DNA of 32,000 nt from Gemmata obscuriglobus. Lineage in GTDB: Bacteria; Planctomycetota; Planctomycetia; Gemmatales; Gemmataceae. Position numbers and translations under genes: made by a program. The notes below the pieces were generated by a model, which saw nothing but the letters and a program-made list of their open reading frames with translations, searched no databases and was not told where the DNA came from. Position 1 is the stretch's first letter. Each line of letters opens with the position of its first letter. Positions 13,400-22,188 of the stretch are shown in pieces. The stretch lies in NCBI RefSeq assembly GCF_008065095.1, contig NZ_CP042911.1:2940001-2972000 (forward strand), read 5' to 3'.

Positions 13400-13618
13400 G
13401 AGGGTTCGGCCCGTTAGGAGGGAGTGCAGCCAGAATGGGGGAACCGCGCGCCGCGGGCAAGGGGAATCTCCGGACCGTGATTTGTCACATGTGTGCGCCG
13501 ACCGCCGGCTGACGCAAGCGGACGTAACCGCGGCGTGTTCACACGCCGGGCGAAGCAGTAGCCAGGCGCTGGTGGGTCCAATATTCCTTCTGCGGCGTGG
13601 CGCTTCCGTGCTACCTCC

Positions 13619-13903
13619 ACTGATACATGAACCCACCTGCGGTTTCGCGTTCTTGACGAGCCGCGACCGCCAGGGAGCGGGGCACGAACGCGAGATGGGG
13701 ATGAAGGCCGTTTTTGACAGGATCGACAGGATGAACAGGATTTAAAATCGGTCGGTCTTCATCCTGTTCATCCTGTCGATCCTGTCAAAAACGGCCTTCA
13801 GAAGCGTTTGCCCCGCCCGGGCCGCAAAAAGCCGCCCGTTCTCGTACACGTGACCGGCGGTCGCGGCTCGTCGGAAAGCGACACCCGCGGCGTGCTCATG
13901 TGT
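13619..13903. repeat. Copy C, the most complete copy of the palindromic repeat element
   Basis: Core 13703-13799 has perfect 39-bp arms gaaggccgtttttgacaggatcgacaggatgaacaggat / reverse complement around a 19-nt loop. Outer segments catgaaccc...gacgagccgcgaccgcc (left) and its imperfect reverse complement (right) make the whole ~285 bp a large imperfect palindrome. Confidence 0.8.
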
Positions 13904-13953
13904 GAGGCGTTCGCCGCGGTTCCGTCGGTCGTGTGGCACAGGGAGTGAGGCAG

Positions 13954-14490
13954 ATGCGGCCGCTGCAAATCGCAACGCCGTCCGACGTTCCGCGGTTACA
14001 GCGGCTCGTCGAGCGGTCGGTCCGGGCGTTGAGCGAAGGGTACTACACCGCACGGCAGGTTGAAAGCGCCCTGCGGTACGTGTTCGGTCCCGACACCCGG
14101 TTGATCGCGGACGGAACCTATTACGTGATCGAGGGCGACGCGGGGGAACTGGCCGCCGCTGGTGGTTGGAGCCACCGGCGGACCCTCTACGGCGGCGATC
14201 AAGCGAAGGGTGCGGACGACTCGCTTCTCGATCCGGCGGTCGATCCGGCCCGCATTCGCGCGTTCTTTGTTCACCCGTCCTGGGCGCGACGGGGGCTCGC
14301 CCGATGTCTGTTCGAGCAGTGCCGCGCGGCCGCCGTCGCGGCCGGGTTCCGCACGCTGGAGTTGATGGCCACGCTGCCCGGGGTGCCGCTCTACCGCGCC
14401 CTCGGGTTCACCGCCGCTGAGCCGACGGTAACGGAACTGCCCGACGGTGAAGTCTTGCCCATGGTCCGGATGAGCCGCCCGTTGCCGTAA
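13954..14490 (+). CDS. GNAT-family N-acetyltransferase
   Basis: ATG at 13954 after ggagtgagg. Motif A-like region IRAFFVHPSWARRGLARCLFEQC...GF..LEL.A...G..LY.ALGF. Confidence 0.8.
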   Translation: MRPLQIATPSDVPRLQRLVERSVRALSEGYYTARQVESALRYVFGPDTRLIADGTYYVIEGDAGELAAAGGWSHRRTLYGGDQAKGADDSLLDPAVDPARIRAFFVHPSWARRGLARCLFEQCRAAAVAAGFRTLELMATLPGVPLYRALGFTAAEPTVTELPDGEVLPMVRMSRPLP

Positions 14491-14517
14491 CGCTCCGCCA
14501 CGCGGACAGGGGCCAGT

Positions 14518-14602
14518 CAGCCCGAAATGGACGCCAAAATGCCGACCGGCCCGCACTCGTCGAGCGCGGGCCGGTCGGCATTTTGGCGTCCATTTCGGGC
14601 TG
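14518..14602. terminator. Perfect 37-bp-arm palindrome between convergent genes (possible bidirectional terminator)
   Basis: cagcccgaaatggacgccaaaatgccgaccggcccgc, then an 11-nt spacer, then the exact reverse complement. It lies between the GNAT stop (14490) and the stop of the minus-strand gene at 14666. There is no U-tract. Confidence 0.5.
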
Positions 14603-14665
14603 GTGCCGTTGTGGCCCAGACAGGAATGCCTGAGCCACAAGAAATAGGTCCAGCCGGATCGTGCA

Positions 14666-15514
14666 TCAGTCCTTCTTGGGCAGCGGCGCCGGGCGCAGCT
14701 TGGCCAGGTCGAACGGCTCGCCAACGATCCCCTTCCACGCGGTCTTCTGGGTGCTGTCGAGGGCTTCCTCGACCTTCGCCCAGGCCTCCTTGCGGAGCCG
14801 CTCGATCTTCTTGTTGGCCGCGTCGACCTTCTCCTGATCCGGTTGCTCCCGGTTGCCGCCCTTGCCGCCGCCGAACCCGCCGCCGATGCCGGCCTCGGTG
14901 CGGATCTCGCGGGACTCCTTGTTGAAGTCGTCCACCACCGCCTTGATCGTGCTCTTCTGCTTGTCGCTCAGCTTGAGGGCCTCGCCGACTTCCTTGATGG
15001 TCTCCTTCTGCGAGTCGGTCACGAACCCGCCGAAGCCGCCGCCGCCGCCCTTGCCGCCTTTACCGCCCTTACCACCGCCGCCACCGCCCTTGGCCTCGGG
15101 GTCGTTGAACACCGTGAAGCCCATCTGCTGGACGGCGATCTGCTGCAGCCGCTTCTTCTGGTCGGCGCTCAGCGTGTCCTCGACCGTCTTCTTCACCTCT
15201 TCGGTGAGCTTCTTGCCCTGCTCGTTCATCTCCATGAACTTCTCTCGGTCGAACCCGTCCTTGCCCTTGCTCATCATTTCCATGCGGGACTTCTGGAACT
15301 CGGACTGCTTGTCCACGAGCGGCTTGAGCTTCTCCTTCTGGGCCGCGGTCACCTTGAGCTCTTCCTGCAGCGCCGCGTTGGTCAGCACCAGGGTGTTGAC
15401 GTCGCCGAAGCCGCCGCCGAACCCGCCGAACTGCCGGCCGCCCGGTTGGGCCGCAACCACGGTCACCAGAACGGCGGCCATCAGGCCCGCCAGCATACAC
15501 CGCATCGCCCGCAT
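14666..15514 (-). CDS. Secreted Gly/Lys/Glu-rich protein with repeated [LV][ST]xxQK motifs (Spy/CpxP-like guess)
   Basis: Signal peptide MRAMRCMLAGLMAAVLVTVVAAQ. Poly-Gly blocks (GGFGGGFG, GGGGGGKGGKGGKGGGGGFGG). Five motifs: VTAAQKEKL, LSADQKKRL, VTDSQKETI, LSDKQKSTI, DSTQKTAW. Confidence 0.7.
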   Translation of the reverse strand: MRAMRCMLAGLMAAVLVTVVAAQPGGRQFGGFGGGFGDVNTLVLTNAALQEELKVTAAQKEKLKPLVDKQSEFQKSRMEMMSKGKDGFDREKFMEMNEQGKKLTEEVKKTVEDTLSADQKKRLQQIAVQQMGFTVFNDPEAKGGGGGGKGGKGGKGGGGGFGGFVTDSQKETIKEVGEALKLSDKQKSTIKAVVDDFNKESREIRTEAGIGGGFGGGKGGNREQPDQEKVDAANKKIERLRKEAWAKVEEALDSTQKTAWKGIVGEPFDLAKLRPAPLPKKD

Positions 15515-15600
15515 GACATTCCCCTGGGAGAGAGGTCAAAGGTCCGCCGCGGGACGAGTGCCCGTCGGCTGTCCACATCGTTACGTCGCGGCGGTGAAAG

Positions 15601-15632
15601 GGGAATGAGAAAGGGCGCAAAAAAACGCGCCC
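15601..15632 (-). terminator. Possible intrinsic terminator after the 15677-16528 gene
   Basis: On the minus strand: GGGCGC, an 8-nt loop (GTTTTTTT), GCGCCC, then TTTCTCATT. It lies 45 nt after the stop. Confidence 0.35.
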
Positions 15633-15676
15633 GCGCGAAATTCGCACAGGCGCGGGGAGGCTTGTTCAAGAACGTG

Positions 15677-16528
15677 TCACTTGTCCCGGCGCACCGCGCC
15701 ACCCGCCGGCCCCGTGCCGCCCGCCGGCACCGGGCGGTTCCCGCCTACCGGTTGCGGCACAGCCTTTGAAACGGTCCACCCCTTTTCCTTGATCTCGACG
15801 TACTGGAAGTGTTCCGGCTTGACGCCCGGGATGTCCACCATCGGGTTGGAGAACTTCCAGACTTCCGTGTCGTCGTTCGCCTTCAGCATGAACACCTGGG
15901 CCGGCAGGTACGCGACCGCGCGGGTTGCGGCCCCGGGGCCGTACAGGGCCAGCCGGAGGTGCTTGAACTCGAGCTGGTCCTTCCCGAACCGCGGCTTGAT
16001 GTCCAGGTAGATGTAGTTCTCGTCGGTCTTGAACAGGTTGATGTCGAACCGCTCCTTCACGTCCTTCGCCTTCATGCCGGCGAGGAAGTCGAGCATCAGG
16101 TTGTCCACCCCGGGGCCGGCCTTGGGCAGTTCGATCTCGGTCACCGTCTTGGCCAGCCCGCTGTACGCGTACACGGCCCTCCCGTTGCAGATGTACGCCT
16201 CGTAGTCGGTGTTCGTTTTGTCGGCGTTGTTGTTGAGCCGCAGGACCGCGAAGTTGGGCTTCATGCACAGCACCTGCCCGCTGTAGGCGGTGGACTTCTG
16301 GCTCACGCTGTCGGTGCGGGTGAGCGCGACCTCGGTGCGCAGGTTCACCACGGACACCATTTTCTTTTCCCAGGCGGCCAGGTGCCCGTCGAGTTGCGGG
16401 TCGGCCTTCGCGACCGGGACCTGGGCGGGCGGGACCGGTTGGCCGGGCACCGCGCCGGCGGGCGGTTGGGCCACGCCGACCGAACCGGCGATCAACAGTG
16501 CAGCCAGGGTGAAGCCAGCGGCTCTCAT
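15677..16528 (-). CDS. Secreted protein, possible LolA-like fold (planctomycete-type uncharacterised family)
   Basis: Signal peptide MRAAGFTLAALLIAGSVGVAQ followed by a Pro-rich linker. GC3-rich 283-aa ORF. The product guess rests only on overall resemblance. Confidence 0.7.
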   Translation of the reverse strand: MRAAGFTLAALLIAGSVGVAQPPAGAVPGQPVPPAQVPVAKADPQLDGHLAAWEKKMVSVVNLRTEVALTRTDSVSQKSTAYSGQVLCMKPNFAVLRLNNNADKTNTDYEAYICNGRAVYAYSGLAKTVTEIELPKAGPGVDNLMLDFLAGMKAKDVKERFDINLFKTDENYIYLDIKPRFGKDQLEFKHLRLALYGPGAATRAVAYLPAQVFMLKANDDTEVWKFSNPMVDIPGVKPEHFQYVEIKEKGWTVSKAVPQPVGGNRPVPAGGTGPAGGAVRRDK

Positions 16529-16777
16529 CGATGAACCTCCTCAGTCTCGGGCGTGGGGCGGCGGTTTATAGCGTTCACGCTGGTCCCGGAAAAGCCCGAC
16601 CGCGGCGCCCGCTACATCCTTCGCGCCGCGGCCCCCCGGCGCGACCGGAAAGCCGCTTCCGGAACCGGGCGCGCGCACGCCCCGGGTGGGTCTGTAGCGA
16701 CTGTGTGGGGCGTGGGTCGTAAAATGGGGTGCAGAAAGTCCGCGAACTCACGGTACGGGGCCGCTGTCCCTATTGTT

Positions 16778-17404
16778 ATGCTCGAAAAAGTTCAGGTCCG
16801 AATCGTGGCCGGGTCGCTCCGCGGGCGCAAGCTCACGGTGGTGGTCCACGAGGGAATGCGCCCGACCCCGCAGATGGTCCGCGAGGCGCTGTTCAGCATC
16901 CTCGGGAACGCGGTGCCCGACCGCGCGTTTTACGACATCTTCGCCGGCACCGGTGTGATCGGGCTGGAGGCGGTCAGCCGCGGCGCGTCGGTCGCCCGGC
17001 TGATCGAAAAGGACGCGCGACAGGTCACGGACATCCAGCGGTACGCCGAGCAGTTCGGGGTGTCGGCGCGGGTGCAGGTGCTCAAGGCGGACGTGTACCG
17101 GTGGGCGGAGCGGTGGCTGCCGCCGAAGGACCCGGTGAACCTGTTCCTGAGCCCACCGTTCCCGGACCTGAGCGAGAAGGCGGACGAGTTCCTGACGCTG
17201 GTGAACACGCTGTTCGCAAAAGCGCCCAACGAATCGGTGCTGACGATTCAGGCGGAAGAGGGCTTCCCGCTGGACCGCTTGCCGACCCCCGGGGCTTGGG
17301 ACGTGCGCAAGTACGGGCGCAACATCCTGCTGTTCCTGGTCATTTCGCGCGACGGTGCGGCGCCCCCGGCGGGCGATCCGAACGCGCCCACTGCGCCCGC
17401 GTGA
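16778..17404 (+). CDS. rsmD: 16S rRNA (guanine-N2)-methyltransferase RsmD-like
   Basis: RIVAGSLRGRKL...RPT...VREALFSILG, SAM motif DIFAGTGVIGLEAVSRGA, and LFLSPPF in the position of the DPPF motif. ATG at 16778 was chosen; the upstream part of the ORF is Arg/Pro-rich junk. Confidence 0.75.
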   Translation: MLEKVQVRIVAGSLRGRKLTVVVHEGMRPTPQMVREALFSILGNAVPDRAFYDIFAGTGVIGLEAVSRGASVARLIEKDARQVTDIQRYAEQFGVSARVQVLKADVYRWAERWLPPKDPVNLFLSPPFPDLSEKADEFLTLVNTLFAKAPNESVLTIQAEEGFPLDRLPTPGAWDVRKYGRNILLFLVISRDGAAPPAGDPNAPTAPA

Positions 17405-17816
17405 CGGGGCGGCCGCGGTTCAGATGAGACGCATCGTGCGCCGAGGCACCGCGCCGAGGTGAGCGAATCCGGTCGCGCGCCGGCGGGGCGTTGTGAGCGA
17501 AGTTCCAGAACGGTTGATGACAGTAGTTTCCCGTTCCAGGTTCAATTAAAATCGCTTACACGACGATCGCCGTTTCCGCGACGGGCGGCCACTGCCCTGG
17601 CCCGTGCGGGCCGCACGATGCTGTGTGGACTGGAGTTGTGGCGTTGCGGCTACTGAGCCGAGCGCGGTGGCGCTCGGTACGTCAACAGTCAGTCAAGAGG
17701 TTGGCGGTTCGTTTCTTGCGGGGAGGGCGGGGGAGGCCCGCGGCCGGCCAGGTTGACGGACGCTACTCTCATTCCTAACCTTCTTTCTTCTTCGACCCGA
17801 CTGGAGGTTTGAGGCA

Positions 17817-18044
17817 ATGACGTTCGAGGAGGCCCTGACAGAGTTGCGGGCCAAACACCCGAAGGCGGACCTGAGTCCGTCTGTCAAGCGCGGGAAGGCC
17901 GCCGAGCGAGCGGTCCGAGTCAATTTCAAGAAAGACAAAGGCGGCCTGTACGTGGGGCGCGACGCCGACGGCACGGAAGTGCTGGTGTACTTCAACGACG
18001 ACGCCAAGGTCATCGCCTGCACCGAGATCGAGCCCGACGAGTGA
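17817..18044 (+). CDS. Small hypothetical protein (75 aa)
   Basis: ATG preceded by ggaggt. Strongly GC3-biased codons. Followed by a hairpin at 18056-18080. Confidence 0.6.
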   Translation: MTFEEALTELRAKHPKADLSPSVKRGKAAERAVRVNFKKDKGGLYVGRDADGTEVLVYFNDDAKVIACTEIEPDE

Positions 18045-18055
18045 CGGTCGGAAAG

Positions 18056-18080
18056 GGCCGCGGTTACCCGCGGCCTTCTC
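18056..18080 (+). terminator. Hairpin after the small ORF
   Basis: ggccgcgg, loop ttac, ccgcggcc, followed by ttctc. Confidence 0.45.
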
Positions 18081-18099
18081 GGCTCGCCTCGTGAAGCTT

Positions 18100-18520
18100 C
18101 GCGGGCGCGACTCCCGACCCTGTCGAGGGCTCCCGCGAGCGGGGTCCGTGCCCCGCACATCGAGCCTCCGTTATTCGTTTCGGCCGCGATGCGGTTTTCC
18201 ACAGCAACAACCCCCCGTCTTCGGGTCCAACCCGATGACGCTTGCGGACGTTTCTGCGACGACGGTATTCGTGTACCGGACGGTCATGAGCACCGGCGAC
18301 GCGGACGCGGTGCCGCGGGCAGCGCCACTCCGTAGCCCACGTTCACCTTCCACTTCTGAGCCAGTTCTTTGGGCCAAGTTTGGGGCCTGAAAGTCGGCGG
18401 CACGGCCGTTACGGTTGGGGCCGCGCCCCTGCGGCCAGTTGGCGCGCGTCCAGCCAGAACCACGCCGGCTTCGTCGCGCTGTCGGTGGTCACCAGTGCCC
18501 CGGTGACATCAGCCGATCGG
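18100..18520 (-). pseudogene. Frameshifted N-terminal remnant of a PQQ-like beta-propeller (BamB-like) protein
   Basis: Minus-strand fragments in different frames: WPQGRGPNRNGRAADF, WPKELAQKWKVNVGYGVA, SPVLMTVRYTNTVVAETSASVIGLDPKTG, and LLLWKT after a G6 run. Together they resemble the W.QFRGP.R.G...LW......G.SSPVV....VY....ALD..TG..LW pattern. Confidence 0.35.
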
Positions 18521-19376
18521 CGGCCGGGCGTTGAGCACGTTGGGCGCTCAACCGCGCAGGAGAGCAAGCGTGCCGGTTCCCAACTTGGAACCTGGAACTT
18601 GAAACTGCCCCTACTGGTTTGGCGCCACACCGAGGCGAGATCGGTTGGGCTCACCACGTTGGTTTCGGTTCCTGCCATCTGCCGAGATGGCCGCGGCTTG
18701 TGCAACCTCAGACATGCGGAGTCGTCCAGATGAGTAACGACCGGCAAGAAGATTCATCACAGCCGAGTGGATTGGCTGTCTGTTCGTCCGGCGCTGTAAC
18801 GGTGGTTACGGCGCCGCAGCGGGTGACGCTAATGGGCCGCCGACTGGACATTCGCGGGCGTCTGACTGGTTACGAACTGGCGGTCCGCTGGGGCACCGCT
18901 ACCAACGAATCACCCGGAAACCAAGCCAGAGACCACCGAGATCGGGCCTTGCGACGCACGGGCGGTCTGTTGCAACACGTTTCAAATATGACACTTGCGT
19001 CCGGGCTGCTCCGGGCGGTCTGCCCGGGACCCCGAACGCGGATCGGGTGTGGGTTACTTCACGCAGGGCAACACGCGCTTCCAGAACTACCACCTGGAAG
19101 AGAACTGACGGAACGGCACCTGCTGGATCGTTACCCGGCTGACTCCGGCCCAGCGAACAGGCGGCTGTGCCGACTTGAGGAAACCCAACCCAATTCGCTC
19201 GACGACGAGAGCGAATTGTAACGTGTGGGTGAGCGTGATTTCTAAAAGGGCAAGAGAAATCTCGTCGGGAAATTCCCCTACATGAGCGTGGTATAGCCAA
19301 AAATGACGTTCTATAGTATGTGGATTGCATTGCCGGAACTGCTTCTCCTGTCCGTGCCGTCTGGTTCTGGTGCTTC

Positions 19377-21962
19377 ATGTCCGACCGCCCCACTCTCTCG
19401 AAGCACCCCGCGCCGGGTGCGGTGCATTCGATCCGCGACCGCACGTGGCCCGCGTGGTGCGGGCTTGCGTTGTCGGTCATCGCTTCGGTGGCATCAGCGG
19501 CGTTCGCCAGAACGACCTTTCATGAGTACCGCGACGCCGTTCGCTGGTACCAGCAGGCACTCGACGTGCTCGGTGAGCTTGAGGCGCTCGATGCGGCCGC
19601 TTTGAGTGCCCGCTCGTCCGCACGGGGGTACGCCATGTCCGGCCAGGAACGGCAGGCGGCCCGGTTCGATGAGGCGCTCCCCCAAGCCGTCGCGCAGGTG
19701 GCCCGGATTCGCACATTCACCGAGAGCAACTCGCCCCTGCAAACGTCGCTCGACCAGTTCGAGCCGGTCTTCAACCAGTTCTGCCGGGTCGCAAGCGGGA
19801 TCGTCGAGGCCCGGCGGGGCGGAGCGACCCCGAACGAACTGGCCCTGCGGTCCGAGGCGTTGACCGACGCCTCGGACGCGCTGATCGGTGCGAGCCAGGC
19901 GATGCAGGCCGAGGAGCGGCACACGCTCCGCGCGCGAGCGGGCGAGGCCGAAAAGGCGGCCCGGTGGCTCGGGAGCGCGGTCGCGGCGTGTGCGACCGCC
20001 GGCACCGGGCTCGCGTGCGCGAGCGGGTTCTGGGTGTTCCGGGCGATGCGCCGGGCGCGCCGCGCCCGGGACGCGGCCGAGGACGCGAGCCGGGCCAAGG
20101 GCGAGTTCCTGGCGAACGTCAGCCACGAACTGCGGACCCCGCTCAACGGCATCATCGGGATGACCGACCTCACCCTCGGGGGCGAACTCCCGCCGGACCA
20201 GCGGGACCGGCTGCTCCTGGTCCGGGAGTCGGCCGGGACGCTGCTCACCCTGGTCAACGACCTCCTCGACTTGGCCAAGATCGAAGCCGGCCGGCTGGAC
20301 CTGGCGCCGGTCCGGTTCGAACTCCACCGGGTCGTCGGCCGCGCGCTGCGGTTGCTGGCCGAGCGGGCTCGCAACAAGGGGCTGGTGCTGCGGTGCGCCA
20401 TCGCCCCGGAGGTGCCCACCGAAGCGGTGGGGGACCCGGACCGGCTGGTGCAGATCCTCACCAACTTGGTTTCCAACGCGATCAAATTCACCGAGAACGG
20501 CGAGGTCGTGATTCACGTGCGGGCGGCGGAGCGGAGCGCCGGCGGGCTCGCCGTGGCGTTCGAGGTCGCCGACACCGGGATCGGGATCCCCGCCGACCGG
20601 CTGGAGAAGATCTTCCGCCCGTTCGAGCAGGCGGACGGGTCGACCACCCGGAAGTACGGCGGCACCGGGCTCGGGCTGTCGATCGTCGACCGGCTCACGC
20701 GCATGATGGGCGGCCGCGTGACGGTGGCGAGCCAGCCCGGGCGGGGGAGCACGTTCACCGCGACGGTCCGGCTCGGCGCGGTTTCGAGCGAGACGATCCT
20801 GCTGCCGCCCGCGTCCGTCACCGGGGTCCGGGTGCTGGTCGTCAAGCCCCCGGGGCCGGGCCGGGACACACTGACTCGGCTCCTGGCCGGTTGGGCGATG
20901 CGCCCCGAAACAGAGGACACGCCGGCCGAGGCGGTCGCGCGGCTGGCCGCCGGCGGCTTCGGGCTGGTCGTGGTTTCGGAAGACCAAACCGGTGGCCCCG
21001 GTGGCGCCGAACGGGTGGTGACCGCCGCCGCCGGTGTACCGGTCCTGGTGGTCCACTGGGGCGCGCCGCGGCGCGGGGCCGCCCGTGCGTGTGCCGCGCT
21101 CGCTCGGCCGTACACGCCGTCGGACCTGTTTGACGCGGTCATGGCCGCCCTGACCCCGTCGGTCGCAACTGCCCCGGCGGAGCCGGAGCCGGAGCCCGCT
21201 CCGCCCGTGCCGGGGCGCCGGCTGCGCCTCCTCCTGGCAGAAGACAACCGGATCAACCAGCGGGTGGCGCAGGAGCTTCTGGGGCGCGTGGGGCACACCG
21301 TGGTGTCCGTGGCCGACGGGGCGGAGGCGGTGGCGGCCTGGGAAGCGGGTGCGTTCGATGCGGTACTGATGGACGTTCAGATGCCGGTGATGGGCGGGTT
21401 CGAAGCCACGGCGGCGATCCGCGCCCGCGAACGGGAGCGCCGCGGCCGGCGCACCCCGATCGTGGCCATGACCGCACGGGCGATGGCGGGGGACGAAGAC
21501 GAGTGCCGGGCGGCCGGGATGGACGCCTACGTCCCGAAACCACTGAACCCGGGCCACCTGATGAAGATTCTGGCCGAACTGGTGCCCGACGAATCTGCCC
21601 CGCCGCCCCCGGCCGAACCGGTGTGCGACCTGGAATGGCTCCCCGCGGACATCCGCCACGAGATCGCGGCGCTGTTCATCACCGAAGCCCCGGGGGACCT
21701 GGCCGCGGTCCGGACGGCGGTCGCGGGCGGGGACGCGGCCCAACTCGTCCGGGCCGCGCACCGGCTGGCCGGTTCGCTCGAGAGCCTGCGTGCCGGACCG
21801 AACCTGGCGATCGCCCGCCGGCTGCAAGTGATGGGAAAAAGCAAAGACCTGACCGGCGCCACGGCCGCCCTGACCGAACTGGAAGTCGAGCTTGACCGGC
21901 TCACCGTGGTGCTCCGCGCGCTCGTGTGTGCCCCCACCGCGTTGGCGGCGAATGGAACATGA
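19377..21962 (+). CDS. Hybrid sensor histidine kinase/response regulator (CHASE3, HisKA, HATPase, pseudo-receiver, receiver, HPt)
   Basis: CHASE3-like region ...ARGYAMSGQERQAARFDEAL.... H-box SHELRTPLNGIIG, N-box NLVSNAIKFT, DTGIGI, GGTGLGLSI. Receiver LLAEDNRINQ...DAVLMDVQMPVMGG...YVPKP. HPt AHRLAGSLESL. ATG at 19377 chosen. Confidence 0.9.
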   Translation: MSDRPTLSKHPAPGAVHSIRDRTWPAWCGLALSVIASVASAAFARTTFHEYRDAVRWYQQALDVLGELEALDAAALSARSSARGYAMSGQERQAARFDEALPQAVAQVARIRTFTESNSPLQTSLDQFEPVFNQFCRVASGIVEARRGGATPNELALRSEALTDASDALIGASQAMQAEERHTLRARAGEAEKAARWLGSAVAACATAGTGLACASGFWVFRAMRRARRARDAAEDASRAKGEFLANVSHELRTPLNGIIGMTDLTLGGELPPDQRDRLLLVRESAGTLLTLVNDLLDLAKIEAGRLDLAPVRFELHRVVGRALRLLAERARNKGLVLRCAIAPEVPTEAVGDPDRLVQILTNLVSNAIKFTENGEVVIHVRAAERSAGGLAVAFEVADTGIGIPADRLEKIFRPFEQADGSTTRKYGGTGLGLSIVDRLTRMMGGRVTVASQPGRGSTFTATVRLGAVSSETILLPPASVTGVRVLVVKPPGPGRDTLTRLLAGWAMRPETEDTPAEAVARLAAGGFGLVVVSEDQTGGPGGAERVVTAAAGVPVLVVHWGAPRRGAARACAALARPYTPSDLFDAVMAALTPSVATAPAEPEPEPAPPVPGRRLRLLLAEDNRINQRVAQELLGRVGHTVVSVADGAEAVAAWEAGAFDAVLMDVQMPVMGGFEATAAIRARERERRGRRTPIVAMTARAMAGDEDECRAAGMDAYVPKPLNPGHLMKILAELVPDESAPPPPAEPVCDLEWLPADIRHEIAALFITEAPGDLAAVRTAVAGGDAAQLVRAAHRLAGSLESLRAGPNLAIARRLQVMGKSKDLTGATAALTELEVELDRLTVVLRALVCAPTALAANGT

Positions 21963-22188
21963 GTGCAACGGGTACACGATGCCGACGGGGTGCGGACGTT
22001 TGCCGCGGGCCGGGTGAACTGGAATACCGGTAACGGGTCACGAATCGGTCTTTTTTACTTGCAGCACCCGTTGGCCGTGGCTATTGGCCTCCGAACCTGT
22101 TTCCCGATCGCAGTGACGTGGCACGCCAAGACCGTTCGGCTGGTCGGCGCGGTGTCGGGAACCGCTGTTTCGACGGAGGGAGCCGTCC

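Noticed and set aside
13400-13636. 79-aa N-terminal extension of the MFS transporter ORF (ORF track start 13636)
   Set aside because: The extension is Arg/Cys/Ser-rich, runs into repeat copy C and lacks GC3 bias. The ATG at 13399 begins the first transmembrane segment.
13703-13799. Possible CRISPR-like array because of repeated gacaggat words
   Set aside because: The units are 9 bp, directly abutting with no spacers, and arranged as two inverted arms. No cas genes are present. This is a palindromic repeat element, not a CRISPR.
14408-14925. ORFs 14408-14638 (-) and 14527-14925 (+) encoding near-identical MDAKMPTGP..SAGRSAFWRPFRA peptides
   Set aside because: The mirror-image peptides are generated by the perfect 37-bp palindrome. 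They also overlap the real minus-strand gene 14666-15514.
18619-19221. 200-aa ORF (+) and overlapping 193-aa ORF 18899-19480 (-) upstream of the kinase
   Set aside because: Codon bias is mixed, there are no motifs, and they overlap each other within the decayed region. They are left unannotated pending BLASTX.
19494-21977. 827-aa antisense ORF opposite the hybrid kinase. Similar long antisense or alternate-frame ORFs occur at 7589-8518, 8575-9969, 11661-12707, 12837-13745, 14843-15769, 15809-16534, 22081-23148 and 27619-28500.
   Set aside because: These are typical shadow ORFs of high-GC DNA. The products are Arg/Pro/Gly-rich low-complexity strings without motifs, while the opposite or other frame carries clear domain signatures and GC3 bias.
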